Origin: Synechococcus sp.
Lineage (GTDB): Bacteria > Cyanobacteriota > Cyanobacteriia > PCC-6307 > Cyanobiaceae
NCBI GenBank assembly: GCA_047284725.1
Contig: JBJBEO010000001.1
Span: 1,240,203-1,304,202 of the forward strand
Length of the DNA stretch: 64,000 nt
Direction of reading: 5' to 3'
Under the pieces are notes generated by a model. That model ran no database searches. It saw only the letters and a list, made by a program, of their open reading frames with translations, and was not told where the DNA came from. This document shows positions 1-11,200 of the stretch, in pieces. The position numbers were made by a program, and so were the translations under genes. Each line of letters starts with the position of its first letter. Within the stretch, counting starts at the first letter, position 1.

Positions 1-523
1 CGATCAACCCCTGCTTCAGAAAAGGGAGCAACGGCAGCAGACTTGTGGTGGGGAAGCAGCCAGGAGCAGCCACCAGCCGTGCCTGAGCAATGGCGGGGCC
101 TTCCCATTCCGGAAGGCCATAGACGGCTTCGTTGCACAGATCGGCATCATGACGTTGATGTTTCTGTGCTTCTTGCGCATACACCTGAGACCAGGTTTCC
201 AGGGAGCGATAGCGGTAATCGGCTGAAAGGTCGACGACTCGTACACCGCGCTCCATCAACGGTGGTACCAACTGGCTGGCCAAACCGTTGGGGAGGCTGA
301 GCACCGCGAAATCGGCCGCCTCCGCAATGGCCTCTGCTGATGGTGCTTCGACAAAAGGATCGTCGAGCAGGGGTAGAAACGGGCAGATCTCACTCCAGCG
401 CTTCCCTGCACTGCGTTCTCCGCCGAGAAACGTGACGGCAAAGTTGGGGTGTCGCTGCAGCAGACGCAGGGTCTGAAGTCCCCCGTATCCTGAGGCACCG
501 ATTACCGCAACGCGTCCAGCCAT
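1..523 (-). CDS. argC: N-acetyl-gamma-glutamyl-phosphate reductase (5' part; runs off window start)
   Basis: Manual translation from ATG at 523 (GGAGG upstream): MAGRVAVIGASGYGGLQTLRLLQRHPNF..., the ArgC Rossmann N-terminus. Absent from the ORF track because there is no stop in the window. Confidence 0.93.
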   Translation of the reverse strand, partial: MAGRVAVIGASGYGGLQTLRLLQRHPNFAVTFLGGERSAGKRWSEICPFLPLLDDPFVEAPSAEAIAEAADFAVLSLPNGLASQLVPPLMERGVRVVDLSADYRYRSLETWSQVYAQEAQKHQRHDADLCNEAVYGLPEWEGPAIAQARLVAAPGCFPTTSLLPLLPFLKQGLI

Positions 524-612
524 CCCTCCCGTGGCAATGGGTGTGGGAACTGTTGGGTTGGACTGCATGCGAGGAGATGGTGGTGGAGTGATCGTACCGA
601 TGTCGATAATGA

Positions 613-2343
613 ATGCAGACCGTTGGCCATCGCAGACCCCTGAGCACGCCCTACGCCGCTGACGCCACCCCAACCGTTCGCTTCGATTCCATTCCCGACG
701 CCCTGGCTGCCATTCGCAACGGCGAATGTGTCGTTGTTGTCGATGATGAGCGTCGTGAAAATGAAGGTGATCTGATCTGTGCTGCTCAGTACGCCACGCC
801 AGATCAGATCAATTTCATGGCCACCCATGCGCGTGGTTTGATCTGCCTCGCCATGGAGGGGCAGCAGCTTGATGCCCTTGATCTGCCACTGATGGTGGAT
901 CGCAACACCGACGCCAATCAGACAGCCTTCACGGTGAGCATTGATGCCGGTCCAGAGAATGGCGTCACCACGGGGATCTCCGCCGAAGACCGATCACGCA
1001 CCATCCAAGTGGCGTTAAGACCGAATGCCCGTCCCACTGACCTGCGTCGACCCGGTCACATCTTTCCACTGCGCGCCCGTCAAGGGGGTGTGCTCAAGCG
1101 CGCGGGACATACCGAAGCCGCCATTGACCTCTCAGCTCTTGCCGGACTGATGCCAGCCGGCGTGATCTGCGAAATCCAGAATGCCGACGGCTCCATGGCC
1201 CGGCTTGCTCAACTGCGGCAGTACGCGGATCAGTGGAAGCTGCGCCTGATCAGCATCGCTGATCTGATTCGTTACCGCCTCGAAAATGAGCGCTTTGTGG
1301 TGCGTCAGGCCCATGCAGCCCTGCCGAGCGCCTTCGGAGAATTCAAGGCGATTGGATACCGGAATGAGCTGGACGGCAGTGAACACATTGCCATCGTGAA
1401 AGGCAATCCGGAAGACCTGCGGGAGCCTGTGCTCGTGCGGATGCATTCGGAATGCCTGACCGGCGATGCATTCGGATCCCTTCGCTGTGATTGTCGTCCC
1501 CAATTGGAAGCAGCTCTTCGTCGGATTGAAGTCGAAGGCGAAGGGGTGGTGGTTTATCTGCGCCAGGAAGGCCGTGGAATCGGCCTCATCAACAAATTGA
1601 AGGCTTATAGCCTTCAGGATGGGGGACTTGACACCGTCGAGGCGAATGAAAAGCTCGGTTTCCCAGCGGATCTGCGTAATTACGGTGTTGGTGCACAGAT
1701 CCTGAGTGATCTCGGCATTCACCGGCTCCGGTTGCTGACCAACAATCCACGCAAGATTGCAGGTCTTGGGGGCTATGGCCTTGAAGTCGTTGATCGTGTT
1801 CCTCTGGTGATCGATCCAGGCGATCACAACGCCGACTACCTTGCTGCCAAACGCGACAAGCTCGGCCATCTCATTCAGCAGGGAGTGGCCATGCCCCTCA
1901 GCGCCACCTCAACGGAGACGCCCATCCAAACGCCCAGTCAAACAGTGATCAGCTGGGATGGAGACTGCAACATCGACCAGCTGCCCCTGATTCGCTCCCG
2001 TAGCGAATCCGCTGCCAGTTCTCTGCAAATCAGCCTGCGGGCGAGCTCTTCACCTCGGCTTCTTGCTTTATGGGAACGCCCCGCATTCGCATGGTCAATC
2101 GTGGATCAACCCACGGGTGCAGGGACTGCGTCCTACCTCACTCGTCTGCGGGCCCTGCTGGAAACGATGGCGTCCTGGCCAGAAACCCAACGAATCGGTC
2201 TCTACACAGCCGCCTCGATGGAACAGCTGAATCATCCACCCCAGACGGCAGAGCGAATCGAACGATCGCTCGAAACGCTCCGTAAGGGGGAAATGCAAGA
2301 ACAGAACCAGCTTGATCAGCCAGTCCTGTTGCAATGGAGCTGA
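613..2343 (+). CDS. ribBA: Bifunctional DHBP synthase / GTP cyclohydrolase II
   Basis: Motifs [28 protein letters not shown]...CDC and [10 protein letters not shown]. Start codon uncertain. Confidence 0.95.
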   Translation: MQTVGHRRPLSTPYAADATPTVRFDSIPDALAAIRNGECVVVVDDERRENEGDLICAAQYATPDQINFMATHARGLICLAMEGQQLDALDLPLMVDRNTDANQTAFTVSIDAGPENGVTTGISAEDRSRTIQVALRPNARPTDLRRPGHIFPLRARQGGVLKRAGHTEAAIDLSALAGLMPAGVICEIQNADGSMARLAQLRQYADQWKLRLISIADLIRYRLENERFVVRQAHAALPSAFGEFKAIGYRNELDGSEHIAIVKGNPEDLREPVLVRMHSECLTGDAFGSLRCDCRPQLEAALRRIEVEGEGVVVYLRQEGRGIGLINKLKAYSLQDGGLDTVEANEKLGFPADLRNYGVGAQILSDLGIHRLRLLTNNPRKIAGLGGYGLEVVDRVPLVIDPGDHNADYLAAKRDKLGHLIQQGVAMPLSATSTETPIQTPSQTVISWDGDCNIDQLPLIRSRSESAASSLQISLRASSSPRLLALWERPAFAWSIVDQPTGAGTASYLTRLRALLETMASWPETQRIGLYTAASMEQLNHPPQTAERIERSLETLRKGEMQEQNQLDQPVLLQWS

Positions 2344-2349
2344 TCAGAA

Positions 2350-2790
2350 TCAGTCCTCAACCGTCACTTTGTTGATGCGTGAGCCATTGCTGAGCGCCAG
2401 GACCACATCCATGTCGCCGGTCTGACCGAACACGGTATGCACTCCATCGAGGTGGGGCTGGGCTTCGTGAACGATGAAGAACTGACTGCCACCGGTGTTC
2501 TTGCCGGCATGGGCCATCGACAAGGCACCAGGGCCATGTTTGCGACTGTTGATTTCGCAGTTGATGGTGTAGCCAGGGCCGCCTGTGCCGGCCATTCCAC
2601 GAGCACCCTCGCGGGAATTCGGACAGCCGCCTTGCGCCATAAACCCTGGGATCACGCGATGGAAGGCGAGTCCGTCATAGAAGCCCTCCTTCGCGAGCTT
2701 CACAAAGTTCGCCACTGTGTTGGGGGCGTCGTTGTCGAACATCTCCAGGCGGATCTTTCCTGCCTCGGTGTCCATCAGAACAGTGGTCAA
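2350..2790 (-). CDS. Cyclophilin-type peptidyl-prolyl cis-trans isomerase
   Basis: Cyclophilin motifs [19 protein letters not shown] and [10 protein letters not shown]. Confidence 0.93.
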   Translation of the reverse strand: MTTVLMDTEAGKIRLEMFDNDAPNTVANFVKLAKEGFYDGLAFHRVIPGFMAQGGCPNSREGARGMAGTGGPGYTINCEINSRKHGPGALSMAHAGKNTGGSQFFIVHEAQPHLDGVHTVFGQTGDMDVVLALSNGSRINKVTVED

Positions 2791-2852
2791 AGTGCTGCCA
2801 CGAAACGATCATGCTAGGCCGATGCAGGATGGTGCGAACTCCACCTGACGCC

Positions 2853-3767
2853 ATGACCACTGCTGCCCTGAACGAGCGAATGCGACAGGCAAGGGTTGGG
2901 GTGATTGGGGGCAGTGGTCTCTATGCCATTGAAGGGCTCGAGGACATCTCAGAGGTGGTGTTGGAGACCCCCTATGGGCAGCCCTCCGATGCCTATCGAA
3001 CTGGACGTTTGCATGGTGTGGATGTGGTCTTTCTGGCCCGCCATGGACGCGGCCATCACCTCCTGCCAACGGAGGTTCCTTATCGAGCCAACATCTGGGG
3101 AATGCGTTCGTTACAGGTGGGATGGCTGATTTCCATCTCTGCTGTTGGTTCCCTGCAGGAGCAGCTCAAACCTCGTGACATGGTGGTGCCGAACCAATTC
3201 ATTGATCGCACGATGCAACGCCCGGCCAGCTTTTTTGGTCAGGGTTGCGTAGCCCATGTGAGCCTGGCGGAGCCTTTCTGTGCCGAGCTCAGCAACATGT
3301 TGGCCACTGCGGCTGAAGCCTCCATGCCAGTAGGACAGACCCTTCACCGGGGGGGGACGTACCTCTGCATGGAGGGCCCCGCCTTTTCCACCAAAGCAGA
3401 GAGTGAGCTCTATCGCAGTTGGGGCTGTGATGTCATTGGTATGACGAATCACACGGAAGCTCGTTTGGCCCGTGAGGCTGAAATCGCCTACGCCTCCCTG
3501 AGCATGGTCACCGACTACGACTGCTGGCATACCGATCACGATGCTGTCAGCGTCGACATGGTGATTGCCAATCTGCAGGCCAACGCAGCAGCCACCGGTC
3601 CGATACTTCAAGGCTTGATGGAGGGCCTCAGAGCCAACAGGCCCCAGTCCGCTGCCCACACCGCCTTGGCGGATGCCCTGATGACACGCCCGGAGACCGT
3701 GCCGGATTCAACACGAGAGGCGCTTGATCTCTTCACCAGCCCCTATTGGGGAGCCTTCAGGGCGTGA
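2853..3767 (+). CDS. mtnP: S-methyl-5'-thioadenosine phosphorylase
   Basis: Motifs GVIGGSG, LARHG, EGPAFST, GMT..TEA.LARE and VTDYDCW. Start placed at ATG 2853. Confidence 0.92.
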   Translation: MTTAALNERMRQARVGVIGGSGLYAIEGLEDISEVVLETPYGQPSDAYRTGRLHGVDVVFLARHGRGHHLLPTEVPYRANIWGMRSLQVGWLISISAVGSLQEQLKPRDMVVPNQFIDRTMQRPASFFGQGCVAHVSLAEPFCAELSNMLATAAEASMPVGQTLHRGGTYLCMEGPAFSTKAESELYRSWGCDVIGMTNHTEARLAREAEIAYASLSMVTDYDCWHTDHDAVSVDMVIANLQANAAATGPILQGLMEGLRANRPQSAAHTALADALMTRPETVPDSTREALDLFTSPYWGAFRA

Positions 3768-3842
3768 TGTCCTCAACATGCAAAGTCAGACAGGTGTGGA
3801 TCCTGGGTGCGATCTCTGTCGCCGGTGAGAGTGAAGCGTCCG

Positions 3843-4802
3843 TCAGGCGGACTTCAGGGAGACACCGCAACTCTTCAAGGCATCTCTGAGCTGATTGTGA
3901 TGGTCCTGAAGGACCTTGATCGAATCGGAAGCTGACAAGCCACTGGCTGCCATCAGCAGTGCAACCTTCACCGATCCATCAGCCTCCTTCAGCAACACCA
4001 TGGCCTCGTCCCTGGGGACACCAGCCAGGTCGCGCAGAATGCGCAGAGAGCGATCCACCAGCTTGCTGTTGGTGGCAGCGACATCCACCATCCGGTTCCC
4101 GTAGACCTTGCCCAGGCGCACCATCACGGCGGTGGAGATCACATTCAGAGCCATCTTCGTGGCGGTTCCCGCCTTCAGTCGTGTGGAACCGGTAAGCAGT
4201 TCAGGTCCGGTGAGCAGACGAATGTCGATGGTGCAGGGCATGGGCGCCTGATCTGCCGGGACACAAGCCATGGCGATCGCGAGTGCTCCCACGTTCATGG
4301 CATGGTCAAGGGCTCCATGCACATAGGGCGTTGTCCCCCCAGCGGCGATGCCGATGAGACAGTCACCGGGACCGAAGTGTCTTGCATTCAGATCCTCTAC
4401 TCCACCTGCCCGGAGATCCTCCAGACCTTCAGAGCTCTTCAGAAGGGCGGCAGCACCTCCGGCCAGGATTCCCTGAACGAGTTCTGGTGGACTGCAGAAC
4501 GTTGGAGGGCATTCAGCAGCATCCAGGACCCCGAGCCTGCCGGAGGTCCCAGCTCCCACGTAGAACAACCGACCACCCCTGGCAAGGCGTTGCGAAATCT
4601 GCTCCACAGCATCAGTAATCGCGGCTGACGCCGCCGCAACCGCCTGCTGAGGTTTCAGGTCTTCACTGATGAACAGATTCACCAGATCGGAACAAGACAG
4701 TGTGTCGAGTTCACTGCTGCGGGGATTGGCCTGTTCCGTCAGCAGATGCCCCCTGTCTTCAGAAGCGTGCATAGCGTGAACGCCTTGTGGGCTTGATGTC
4801 AT
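3843..4802 (-). CDS. murQ: N-acetylmuramic acid 6-phosphate etherase
   Basis: Motifs GAGTSGRLGVLDAAECPPTF and GPE.LTGSTRLKAGTATK. Confidence 0.95.
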   Translation of the reverse strand: MTSSPQGVHAMHASEDRGHLLTEQANPRSSELDTLSCSDLVNLFISEDLKPQQAVAAASAAITDAVEQISQRLARGGRLFYVGAGTSGRLGVLDAAECPPTFCSPPELVQGILAGGAAALLKSSEGLEDLRAGGVEDLNARHFGPGDCLIGIAAGGTTPYVHGALDHAMNVGALAIAMACVPADQAPMPCTIDIRLLTGPELLTGSTRLKAGTATKMALNVISTAVMVRLGKVYGNRMVDVAATNSKLVDRSLRILRDLAGVPRDEAMVLLKEADGSVKVALLMAASGLSASDSIKVLQDHHNQLRDALKSCGVSLKSA

Positions 4803-4808
4803 GGTTGT

Positions 4809-5225
4809 TCAGAGCAGCCCTTCAAGCCTGCGCCTGATGGCATCGAGGTCATTGTTGGATGATGTTTCTGGGGGAGCTGTGGCTTGGCTCTCGTCCATGT
4901 CAGCGTCCTGCCAACCGCTGACATCCCGGTTTGATGAGGGCGGGGCCAGCAACAGTCGCTCTTCATCGGTCTTTGGGACAAAACCCGATTCGACAAAACG
5001 TGCCTGATAGCCGGCCTTCAAGCAGAAAATTTCGATTTCCTCCCGGTCGAGGGCTTCAATCGAAGGCACAGGGAAGTCTTGGGCCTCGAGCAATCCTGCA
5101 TAACGCTCGGCGTCGTCTCCGTTCTCGAACATCAGCACCACCGTGTTGCCGGAAAGTTCGAGGGAGTGAATGCCTTCGCTGTCCTGCCCGGCGTCGTAAA
5201 GGAGAACGTGAACCAGCATTCGCAT
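4809..5225 (-). CDS. DUF3110 family protein
   Basis: EGIHSL...VLMFE..DDAERYAGLLEAQDFP and C-terminal IRRRLEGLL; lies downstream of dnaK-dnaJ as in other cyanobacteria. Confidence 0.8.
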   Translation of the reverse strand: MRMLVHVLLYDAGQDSEGIHSLELSGNTVVLMFENGDDAERYAGLLEAQDFPVPSIEALDREEIEIFCLKAGYQARFVESGFVPKTDEERLLLAPPSSNRDVSGWQDADMDESQATAPPETSSNNDLDAIRRRLEGLL

Positions 5226-5263
5226 TACAGAAGCGACCTCAGTTTGTCATCGAAGCTTCTCGC

Positions 5264-6199
5264 TCACGACTCCTCGGCCTCGAGAGCAAGCTCCTGCAAA
5301 CGTCGGTAGAGAGCCCGTTCCGCATCACTGAGCTGAGCTGGAATTACAACCACCACCTCAACGAGTTGGTCTCCACGCTGCTCATCAAGCTCCAGGCCTC
5401 GGCCGCGCAAGCGCAGCAGCCTTCCACTTGACGATCCAGGAGGCACCTGCAGCATCACTGGACCCGAAAGGGTGGGTACTTCGACGGCGCAGCCGAGGGC
5501 TGCATCAGCCGGCAGCAGCTCCAGTCGGTAGTGAACCCTCAATCCATCAATGCGAAGCCCGTCTTCGGTCTGCACACGCAACTGGAGAAAATGATCCCCA
5601 CCGCCAACGGTGACCCCTGTCAGACGCAGCCTCCAGCCATCTCCTGCCAAGGGAGGCGTCTGCACCTCAACCACGGTTCCATCAGGCAGTTGCAATTCAA
5701 CGGCTGTTCCCAGCAACGCCTGATCTGCTGTCAACAGAACGTCGGTTTCAAGCTGATCGGCGGCTCGAACCGGAGGTGGCGGCGGCGGTGGTGTGGTGGT
5801 GGGCCAGTCAGTTGAGGCGGCACGGGCACGATCATCGTGCTCTTGCCTCCCATGGAGATCGTCCTCTGAGGATTCCCTGGCAGGTCGCCATTGCGGTGCA
5901 TCCCCCAGCACCACGGCCAGGTAGTCCTCAAACTCTGGGAACCCCGAAGCAAACGGGTCATCACTGATGCTGGTGTCCCGTCCGCCTCCTTCCCAGGCTC
6001 GACGCCTTTTGGGGTCACTGAGAACGGCATAGGCCTCGTTCACCAGCTTGAAACGTTCTTCAGCCTCTTGATCATTGGCATTGAGGTCGGGATGCCAACG
6101 TCGTGCCTCGCGCCGAAAAGCGCGTTTCAGTGCATCCGCGTCACTATCGGGTTCAAGGCCGAGGAGAGACCAGTAGTTGGGCTCAGCGGTAGAAGTCAT
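5264..6199 (-). CDS. dnaJ: DnaJ-family co-chaperone (J domain plus C-terminal domain, no zinc finger)
   Basis: J domain with HPD (ARRWHPDLN) and C-terminal LRLRGRG...GDQLV. ATG at 6199 overlaps the dnaK end by 17 nt. Confidence 0.88.
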   Translation of the reverse strand: MTSTAEPNYWSLLGLEPDSDADALKRAFRREARRWHPDLNANDQEAEERFKLVNEAYAVLSDPKRRRAWEGGGRDTSISDDPFASGFPEFEDYLAVVLGDAPQWRPARESSEDDLHGRQEHDDRARAASTDWPTTTPPPPPPPVRAADQLETDVLLTADQALLGTAVELQLPDGTVVEVQTPPLAGDGWRLRLTGVTVGGGDHFLQLRVQTEDGLRIDGLRVHYRLELLPADAALGCAVEVPTLSGPVMLQVPPGSSSGRLLRLRGRGLELDEQRGDQLVEVVVVIPAQLSDAERALYRRLQELALEAEES

Positions 6200-8180
6200 C
6201 GTCCCAGGGATCCATCCCTTGTCGTGAACTGCCGTAGCGCTCAGGGGCAGAACGTCCGCCGGAGGTCGCCCAGGGATCGTCGTCCCAGTCGTCATCAGCG
6301 AACAGTTCGTCTTTCAGGGAACCCAGGGTGTTCCGAATGCCCTGGAGTGGGCTCGATTCCGACCGTCGTTCCGCAGAAAGGCGTCGATTCAAGCCAAACA
6401 TCGCTTCTTGCAGCGCACTGACGCTGAGTTCGAGTTCCTGAAGATCGTTCTGCTCGAGACGATCTTGAAGATCACGCATCGCCATCTCCACGGCTCTTTG
6501 CTGCCTTTCCGCCCCGTAGGGACCCAGTTCCAATGCAGCATCACGCAACCGACGTTCTGCCTGGGACACGAGGGTGAGTGCTCTGTTGCGGCGTTCGATG
6601 GCTGCTCGAGTGCGGCGGTCTTCATCCGCGCTCGCCTCGGCTTCAGCCAGCAGAGCCTGCAACTCATCCTCATTCAGATTGGATCCACCTTGGATCGTCA
6701 CCGACTGCTTTCTGCCGGTGGTGCGATCCGTGGCACTGACCTGAAGAATGCCGTTGGCATCGATATCAAAGGCCACCTGAATTTGAGGCACGCCTCGAGG
6801 TGCAGGGGGAATGCCTGACAAACGGAATCGTCCCAGGGACTTGTTATCAGAGGCCATCTGGCGCTCCCCCTGCCAGATATGGATTTCAACGGAGGATTGA
6901 TTCGATTCCGACGTGCTGAACACATCGGATTGCCGCACAGGGATCGGAGTGTTGCGGGGGATGAGCACCTTCATCAACCCGCCCACAGTCTCCAGGCCAA
7001 GGGAAAGGGGGGTCACGTCATTGAGCATGAGGTCCCTCAGCTCACCGGTGAGAATGCCTGCTTGGACGGCAGCACCCACCGCCACCACTTCATCTGGATT
7101 GACTGACTGGCAGGGATCGTGAGGAATCAGCGTGCGCACCAGCTGTTGAACCATCGGCATGCGCGTGCTGCCTCCTACAAGAACCACATCATCGATGTCT
7201 TCGGCAGCCCAGCCGGAGTCGCGCATCGCTGACTGCACGGGTACAAGCAGACGGTCGAGAAGATCGGGACACAGGCTCTCAAACGTGCTCCGTTCAAGAC
7301 TGGACTCAATATGCAGTGGACCATCGTCACCCGTGGCGATGAAGGGTAGGGAAATCGGAGTGCTGGTCACACCGGACAACTCCTGCTTGGCCTTCTCTGC
7401 GGCCTCCGTGAGGCGTTGAAGGGCCTGCCTGTCTCGCCGTAAATCAAGACCGTAAGCCTTGAGAAAGTCTTCAGCGAGCCAATCAACGATGCGTTGATCG
7501 AAGTCATTGCCTCCGAGCTGTGTATCACCGTTCGTGCTTTTCACATCGAAGACACCATTCGCAACACGCAGCAATGACACGTCAAAGGTGCCTCCGCCCA
7601 GATCGAAGACCAGTACGCGTTTCACGGCACTGCGATCAAAGCCGTAGGCCAGCGCTGCAGCCGTTGGTTCGTTGAGGATTCGCTCCACCTCCAGACCAGC
7701 CAATCGTCCGGCATCTCGGGTGGCCTGACGTTGGGCGTCGTTGAAATAGGCAGGAACGGTGATCACTGCAGCCTCGACTGTTTCTCCCAGGTATGTGGAG
7801 GCGTCGTCAACAAGCTTGCGCAGGATGCTGGCAACAAGCTCCTCTGGGGCGTATTCCCGTTCGGTGATCGGGCATGCCACACGCACGTTGTTCTGAGCAT
7901 TCGCCCGCACCGTGTACGGCACCGTGAGGCTGCTGTCGTCGAGCTCATCCCAGGTCCGACCGACAAACCGCTTGAGATTCGAAAAGGTATTGCGCGGGCT
8001 CAAGACCAGCTGACGCCGAGCGGCCTGCCCGACCAGCAGCTCAGCATCCTTGGTGTAACCAACGACCGATGGGGTCGTTCGTGTTCCCTCGGCATTGGCA
8101 ATCACCTGTGGCCGACCTGCTTCGAGGACAGCCACCACGGAGTTGGTCGTTCCAAGGTCGATTCCGACGATCCGCCCCAT
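6183..8180 (-). CDS. dnaK: Hsp70 chaperone DnaK (DnaK3-like paralog with acidic/Trp-rich tail)
   Basis: Motifs GIDLGTTNS, TVPAYFND and DLGGGTFDVS; tail DDDWDDDPW...DPWDDD. Confidence 0.96.
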   Translation of the reverse strand: MGRIVGIDLGTTNSVVAVLEAGRPQVIANAEGTRTTPSVVGYTKDAELLVGQAARRQLVLSPRNTFSNLKRFVGRTWDELDDSSLTVPYTVRANAQNNVRVACPITEREYAPEELVASILRKLVDDASTYLGETVEAAVITVPAYFNDAQRQATRDAGRLAGLEVERILNEPTAAALAYGFDRSAVKRVLVFDLGGGTFDVSLLRVANGVFDVKSTNGDTQLGGNDFDQRIVDWLAEDFLKAYGLDLRRDRQALQRLTEAAEKAKQELSGVTSTPISLPFIATGDDGPLHIESSLERSTFESLCPDLLDRLLVPVQSAMRDSGWAAEDIDDVVLVGGSTRMPMVQQLVRTLIPHDPCQSVNPDEVVAVGAAVQAGILTGELRDLMLNDVTPLSLGLETVGGLMKVLIPRNTPIPVRQSDVFSTSESNQSSVEIHIWQGERQMASDNKSLGRFRLSGIPPAPRGVPQIQVAFDIDANGILQVSATDRTTGRKQSVTIQGGSNLNEDELQALLAEAEASADEDRRTRAAIERRNRALTLVSQAERRLRDAALELGPYGAERQQRAVEMAMRDLQDRLEQNDLQELELSVSALQEAMFGLNRRLSAERRSESSPLQGIRNTLGSLKDELFADDDWDDDPWATSGGRSAPERYGSSRQGMDPWDDDFYR

Positions 8181-8258
8181 ATCCGTGCGTTGCGTGGTCC
8201 CAAGTTACCGGTCCCGACCCATCAGCCCAAAGTCTGTGACGTGGCCGACTCACCTTTG

Positions 8259-8289
8259 AATAACCACGCCTTAATGATGGGGCTAACCC
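8259..8289 (+). promoter_or_regulatory. Possible degenerate Pho box upstream of pstC
   Basis: AATAACCA, CTTAATGA and GCTAACCC at 11-12 nt spacing resemble the cyanobacterial PyTTAAPyPy(T/A) repeats; match is imperfect. Confidence 0.3.
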
Positions 8290-8325
8290 TCTGCACGTAG
8301 CTTTAAGAGTGAGAGCACCTGAGGT

Positions 8326-9276
8326 ATGGCCATCGACCCCAAGGGGACGTATCAGTTAAGACACCGCCCTGCCTCTGAAAAGCTTGTGGACACAGGCTTC
8401 AATGTCGGCACTGTGTTGATGGCATCCATGGTCGCCGTGGTCTTGTTTGCCATCCTGATGATCGTGTTCTTCGGCTCTCTCGAGTCGATTCAGCGCTATG
8501 GGTGGCGTTTTCTCGTCACCTCTGCCTGGAATCCTGTTGAAGACGAATACGGTGCACTCACAGCGATCTATGGAACGCTGGTCACATCGCTTGTGTCGCT
8601 CCTTATCGCTGTTCCTCTAGGCGTTGGTACAGCCATTTTCATCACCGAAAGCTTTATTCCCAAGCCAGTCCGTGCCGTGATCGGATTGATGGTGGAACTG
8701 TTGGCAGCCATTCCTTCCGTCGTTCTTGGCCTGTGGGCCATTTTTGTTCTGGAACCCGCCATACGACCCGGTCTGAATTGGCTCTATGAGAACTTCCAGG
8801 AGATCCCACTGTTCAGCACAAAACCCCTGGGGCCCGGCACTGCACCTGCAATTCTTGTGCTGGTGGTGATGATTCTTCCCATCATTACGGCCATCTCCAG
8901 AGATTCTCTGAATCAAGTTCCCAACAGGCTGAGACAGGCGGCCTATGGAGTTGGCAGTACTCGATGGACTGCCATCCTGCATGTGATTCTGCCTGCTTCC
9001 ATCTCAGGAATTGTTGGCGGTGTCATGTTGGCCCTGGGTCGTGCCATGGGAGAGACCATGGCCGTCACGATGATCATTGGCAATTCCAATAATTTCAGCT
9101 GGTCTTTGCTGGCTCCAGGTAATACGATTGCAGCCATGTTGGCCAATCAGTTTGGTGAAGCCGATGGCAGCCAGGTGTCATCCTTGATGTATGCGGCATT
9201 GGTGCTGATTATTCTGACGCTTTTTGTGAATATTCTCGCTCAATTGGTAGTCAAGCGTCTAAGTCTGAAGTACTGA
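8326..9276 (+). CDS. pstC: Phosphate ABC transporter permease PstC
   Basis: ELLAAIPSVV.GLW and LGRAMGETMAV; multiple TM helices. Confidence 0.95.
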   Translation: MAIDPKGTYQLRHRPASEKLVDTGFNVGTVLMASMVAVVLFAILMIVFFGSLESIQRYGWRFLVTSAWNPVEDEYGALTAIYGTLVTSLVSLLIAVPLGVGTAIFITESFIPKPVRAVIGLMVELLAAIPSVVLGLWAIFVLEPAIRPGLNWLYENFQEIPLFSTKPLGPGTAPAILVLVVMILPIITAISRDSLNQVPNRLRQAAYGVGSTRWTAILHVILPASISGIVGGVMLALGRAMGETMAVTMIIGNSNNFSWSLLAPGNTIAAMLANQFGEADGSQVSSLMYAALVLIILTLFVNILAQLVVKRLSLKY

Positions 9277-10175
9277 TGTCAACAACATCTCAATCTCAGT
9301 CAAGATCCATACCTGATCTCAGGTTTAAACCACTGCGGCGTCGCAATGTCTTAGAGGCATTGCTCACGACAGTGGCATCTCTATTCTCCTTGATTGCTGT
9401 CTTACCCCTACTGTTTGTACTGGGCTATGTGTTGATCGAGGGATCCAGCAAGTTAAGCCTCGATTTGTTTTTATTGGAGCAACCTGCTCCCGGACTGGAT
9501 GGAGGGGGCATTGGCAATGCCATCCAGGGATCATTCATGGTCACGTCCATCGCCAGTGCAATTGCCATACCCATCGGGATTGGAGGCGGCATTTTTCTAT
9601 CTGAGTATTCAAAATCCGGGTGGTTTTCTCAGTTCATCCGATTTGGAACCAACGTTTTGTCCGGTGTTCCTTCAATTATTGCTGGCATTTTCGTCTACAG
9701 CTCCATTGTTTCCACCCGTCTTCTCTTCGGCCACTCCTACAGCGCGATTGCAGGTGGAATTGCACTATCGGTTCTGATGTTGCCAACGGTCATCAAGACC
9801 ACCGATGAAGGACTCAAACTGGTTCCTGATGATCTTCGCCGCGCAGCACTGGGCGTTGGTTCCTCCAGGTTTGTGACCATCATTCGAATCACTCTTCCCT
9901 GCGCTTCGACCTCGATCGCCACGGGAATCGTGCTCTCGATTGCCCGTGCTGCGGGAGAGACGGCACCTCTCATCTTCACAGCCCTTTACTCACCTTGGTG
10001 GGCAGACGGTGCGTTCAATCCGGTCGGCACCCTGTCAGTTTTGATCTTCAAGTTCGCCAACATGCCTTATGAGGTCCAGAAGCAACTCGCCTGGGCAGCC
10101 TCATTTGTGCTCGTGATGTTCATTCTTCTTCTCAATCTCCTGGCACGATGGATTAACAGGCTCACGTCGAAGTAA
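9276..10175 (+). CDS. pstA: Phosphate ABC transporter permease PstA
   Basis: LSGVPSII.G and [16 protein letters not shown] overlap with pstC. Confidence 0.95.
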   Translation: MSTTSQSQSRSIPDLRFKPLRRRNVLEALLTTVASLFSLIAVLPLLFVLGYVLIEGSSKLSLDLFLLEQPAPGLDGGGIGNAIQGSFMVTSIASAIAIPIGIGGGIFLSEYSKSGWFSQFIRFGTNVLSGVPSIIAGIFVYSSIVSTRLLFGHSYSAIAGGIALSVLMLPTVIKTTDEGLKLVPDDLRRAALGVGSSRFVTIIRITLPCASTSIATGIVLSIARAAGETAPLIFTALYSPWWADGAFNPVGTLSVLIFKFANMPYEVQKQLAWAASFVLVMFILLLNLLARWINRLTSK

Positions 10176-10240
10176 ATCGCTTCCCCCGTGTCTTTTGCAC
10201 AGCAATCCCTCTCATCGTTCTCAGTTCTCACCCTGATCCC

Positions 10241-11059
10241 ATGACCGGTTCTGTCCAGGCCACCCTCTCTACTATTGCTTCAGACATCTGCTTGTCTCTG
10301 GACAACGTCTCGATCAGCTATGGCGGGTCAGTCGCAGTACGCAATGTTTTCTGCAACATTCCTCGTGGCAAGGTGACTGCCTTTATCGGACCTTCGGGCT
10401 GCGGCAAATCCACTGTCTTGCGATCACTCAATCGCATGAATGATCTGATTGATGGATGCAGCCTCACTGGAAGAGTGCTGTTTGATGGAGCCGACCTTTA
10501 TCATCCACGGATCGATCCGGTGGAAGTGAGGCGTCGTATCGGCATGGTATTTCAACAACCCAACCCCTTCCCAAAGAGTATCTATGAGAACATCGCTTTC
10601 GGAGCCAGGATCAATGGCTTCAGTGGCGATATGGATGAATTGGTTGAACGTTCTCTACGACAAGCTGCTGTTTGGGATGAATGCAAAGACAAGCTGAATG
10701 AAAGCGGTTGTTCCCTCTCAGGTGGACAGCAACAGCGTCTTTGCATTGCGAGGACCATTGCCATCCAACCTGAAGTGATCCTGATGGATGAACCATGCTC
10801 AGCGCTTGACCCTATCTCCACTCTTAAAATCGAAGAGACAATGCATGAGCTCAAGAAGACGTTCACCATTGTGATCGTGACCCACAACATGCAGCAGGCT
10901 GTGCGCGTGAGTGACATGACAGCCTTCTTCAATGCTGAGGCTCAGGATGGAGGGTCGGGAAAGGTGGGTTATCTGGTGGAATTCAATCAAACCGATCAGA
11001 TTTTCAATGCCCCTTCACAACAAGCGACTCAGGACTACGTCTCGGGGCGGTTTGGGTGA
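10241..11059 (+). CDS. pstB: Phosphate ABC transporter ATPase PstB
   Basis: [45 protein letters not shown] and C-terminal YVSGRFG. Confidence 0.96.
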   Translation: MTGSVQATLSTIASDICLSLDNVSISYGGSVAVRNVFCNIPRGKVTAFIGPSGCGKSTVLRSLNRMNDLIDGCSLTGRVLFDGADLYHPRIDPVEVRRRIGMVFQQPNPFPKSIYENIAFGARINGFSGDMDELVERSLRQAAVWDECKDKLNESGCSLSGGQQQRLCIARTIAIQPEVILMDEPCSALDPISTLKIEETMHELKKTFTIVIVTHNMQQAVRVSDMTAFFNAEAQDGGSGKVGYLVEFNQTDQIFNAPSQQATQDYVSGRFG

Positions 11060-11167
11060 ATCCCCTTACCGTTCTTGGAGAATACAAACCATTCAGAGAG
11101 ACTTGATTGCATTCGATCGAAAGACAATCACCAAACCATTTCAAATTTTTACGTCTACGACATGATC

Positions 11168-11194
11168 AAAAAAAAACCGGCCCTTGGCCGGTTT
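11168..11194 (-). terminator. Intrinsic terminator downstream of tRNA-Ser
   Basis: Minus strand reads AAACCGGCC-AAG-GGCCGGTTTTTTTTT: a GC stem followed by a U tract. Confidence 0.8.
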
Positions 11195-11200
11195 CTTCAG

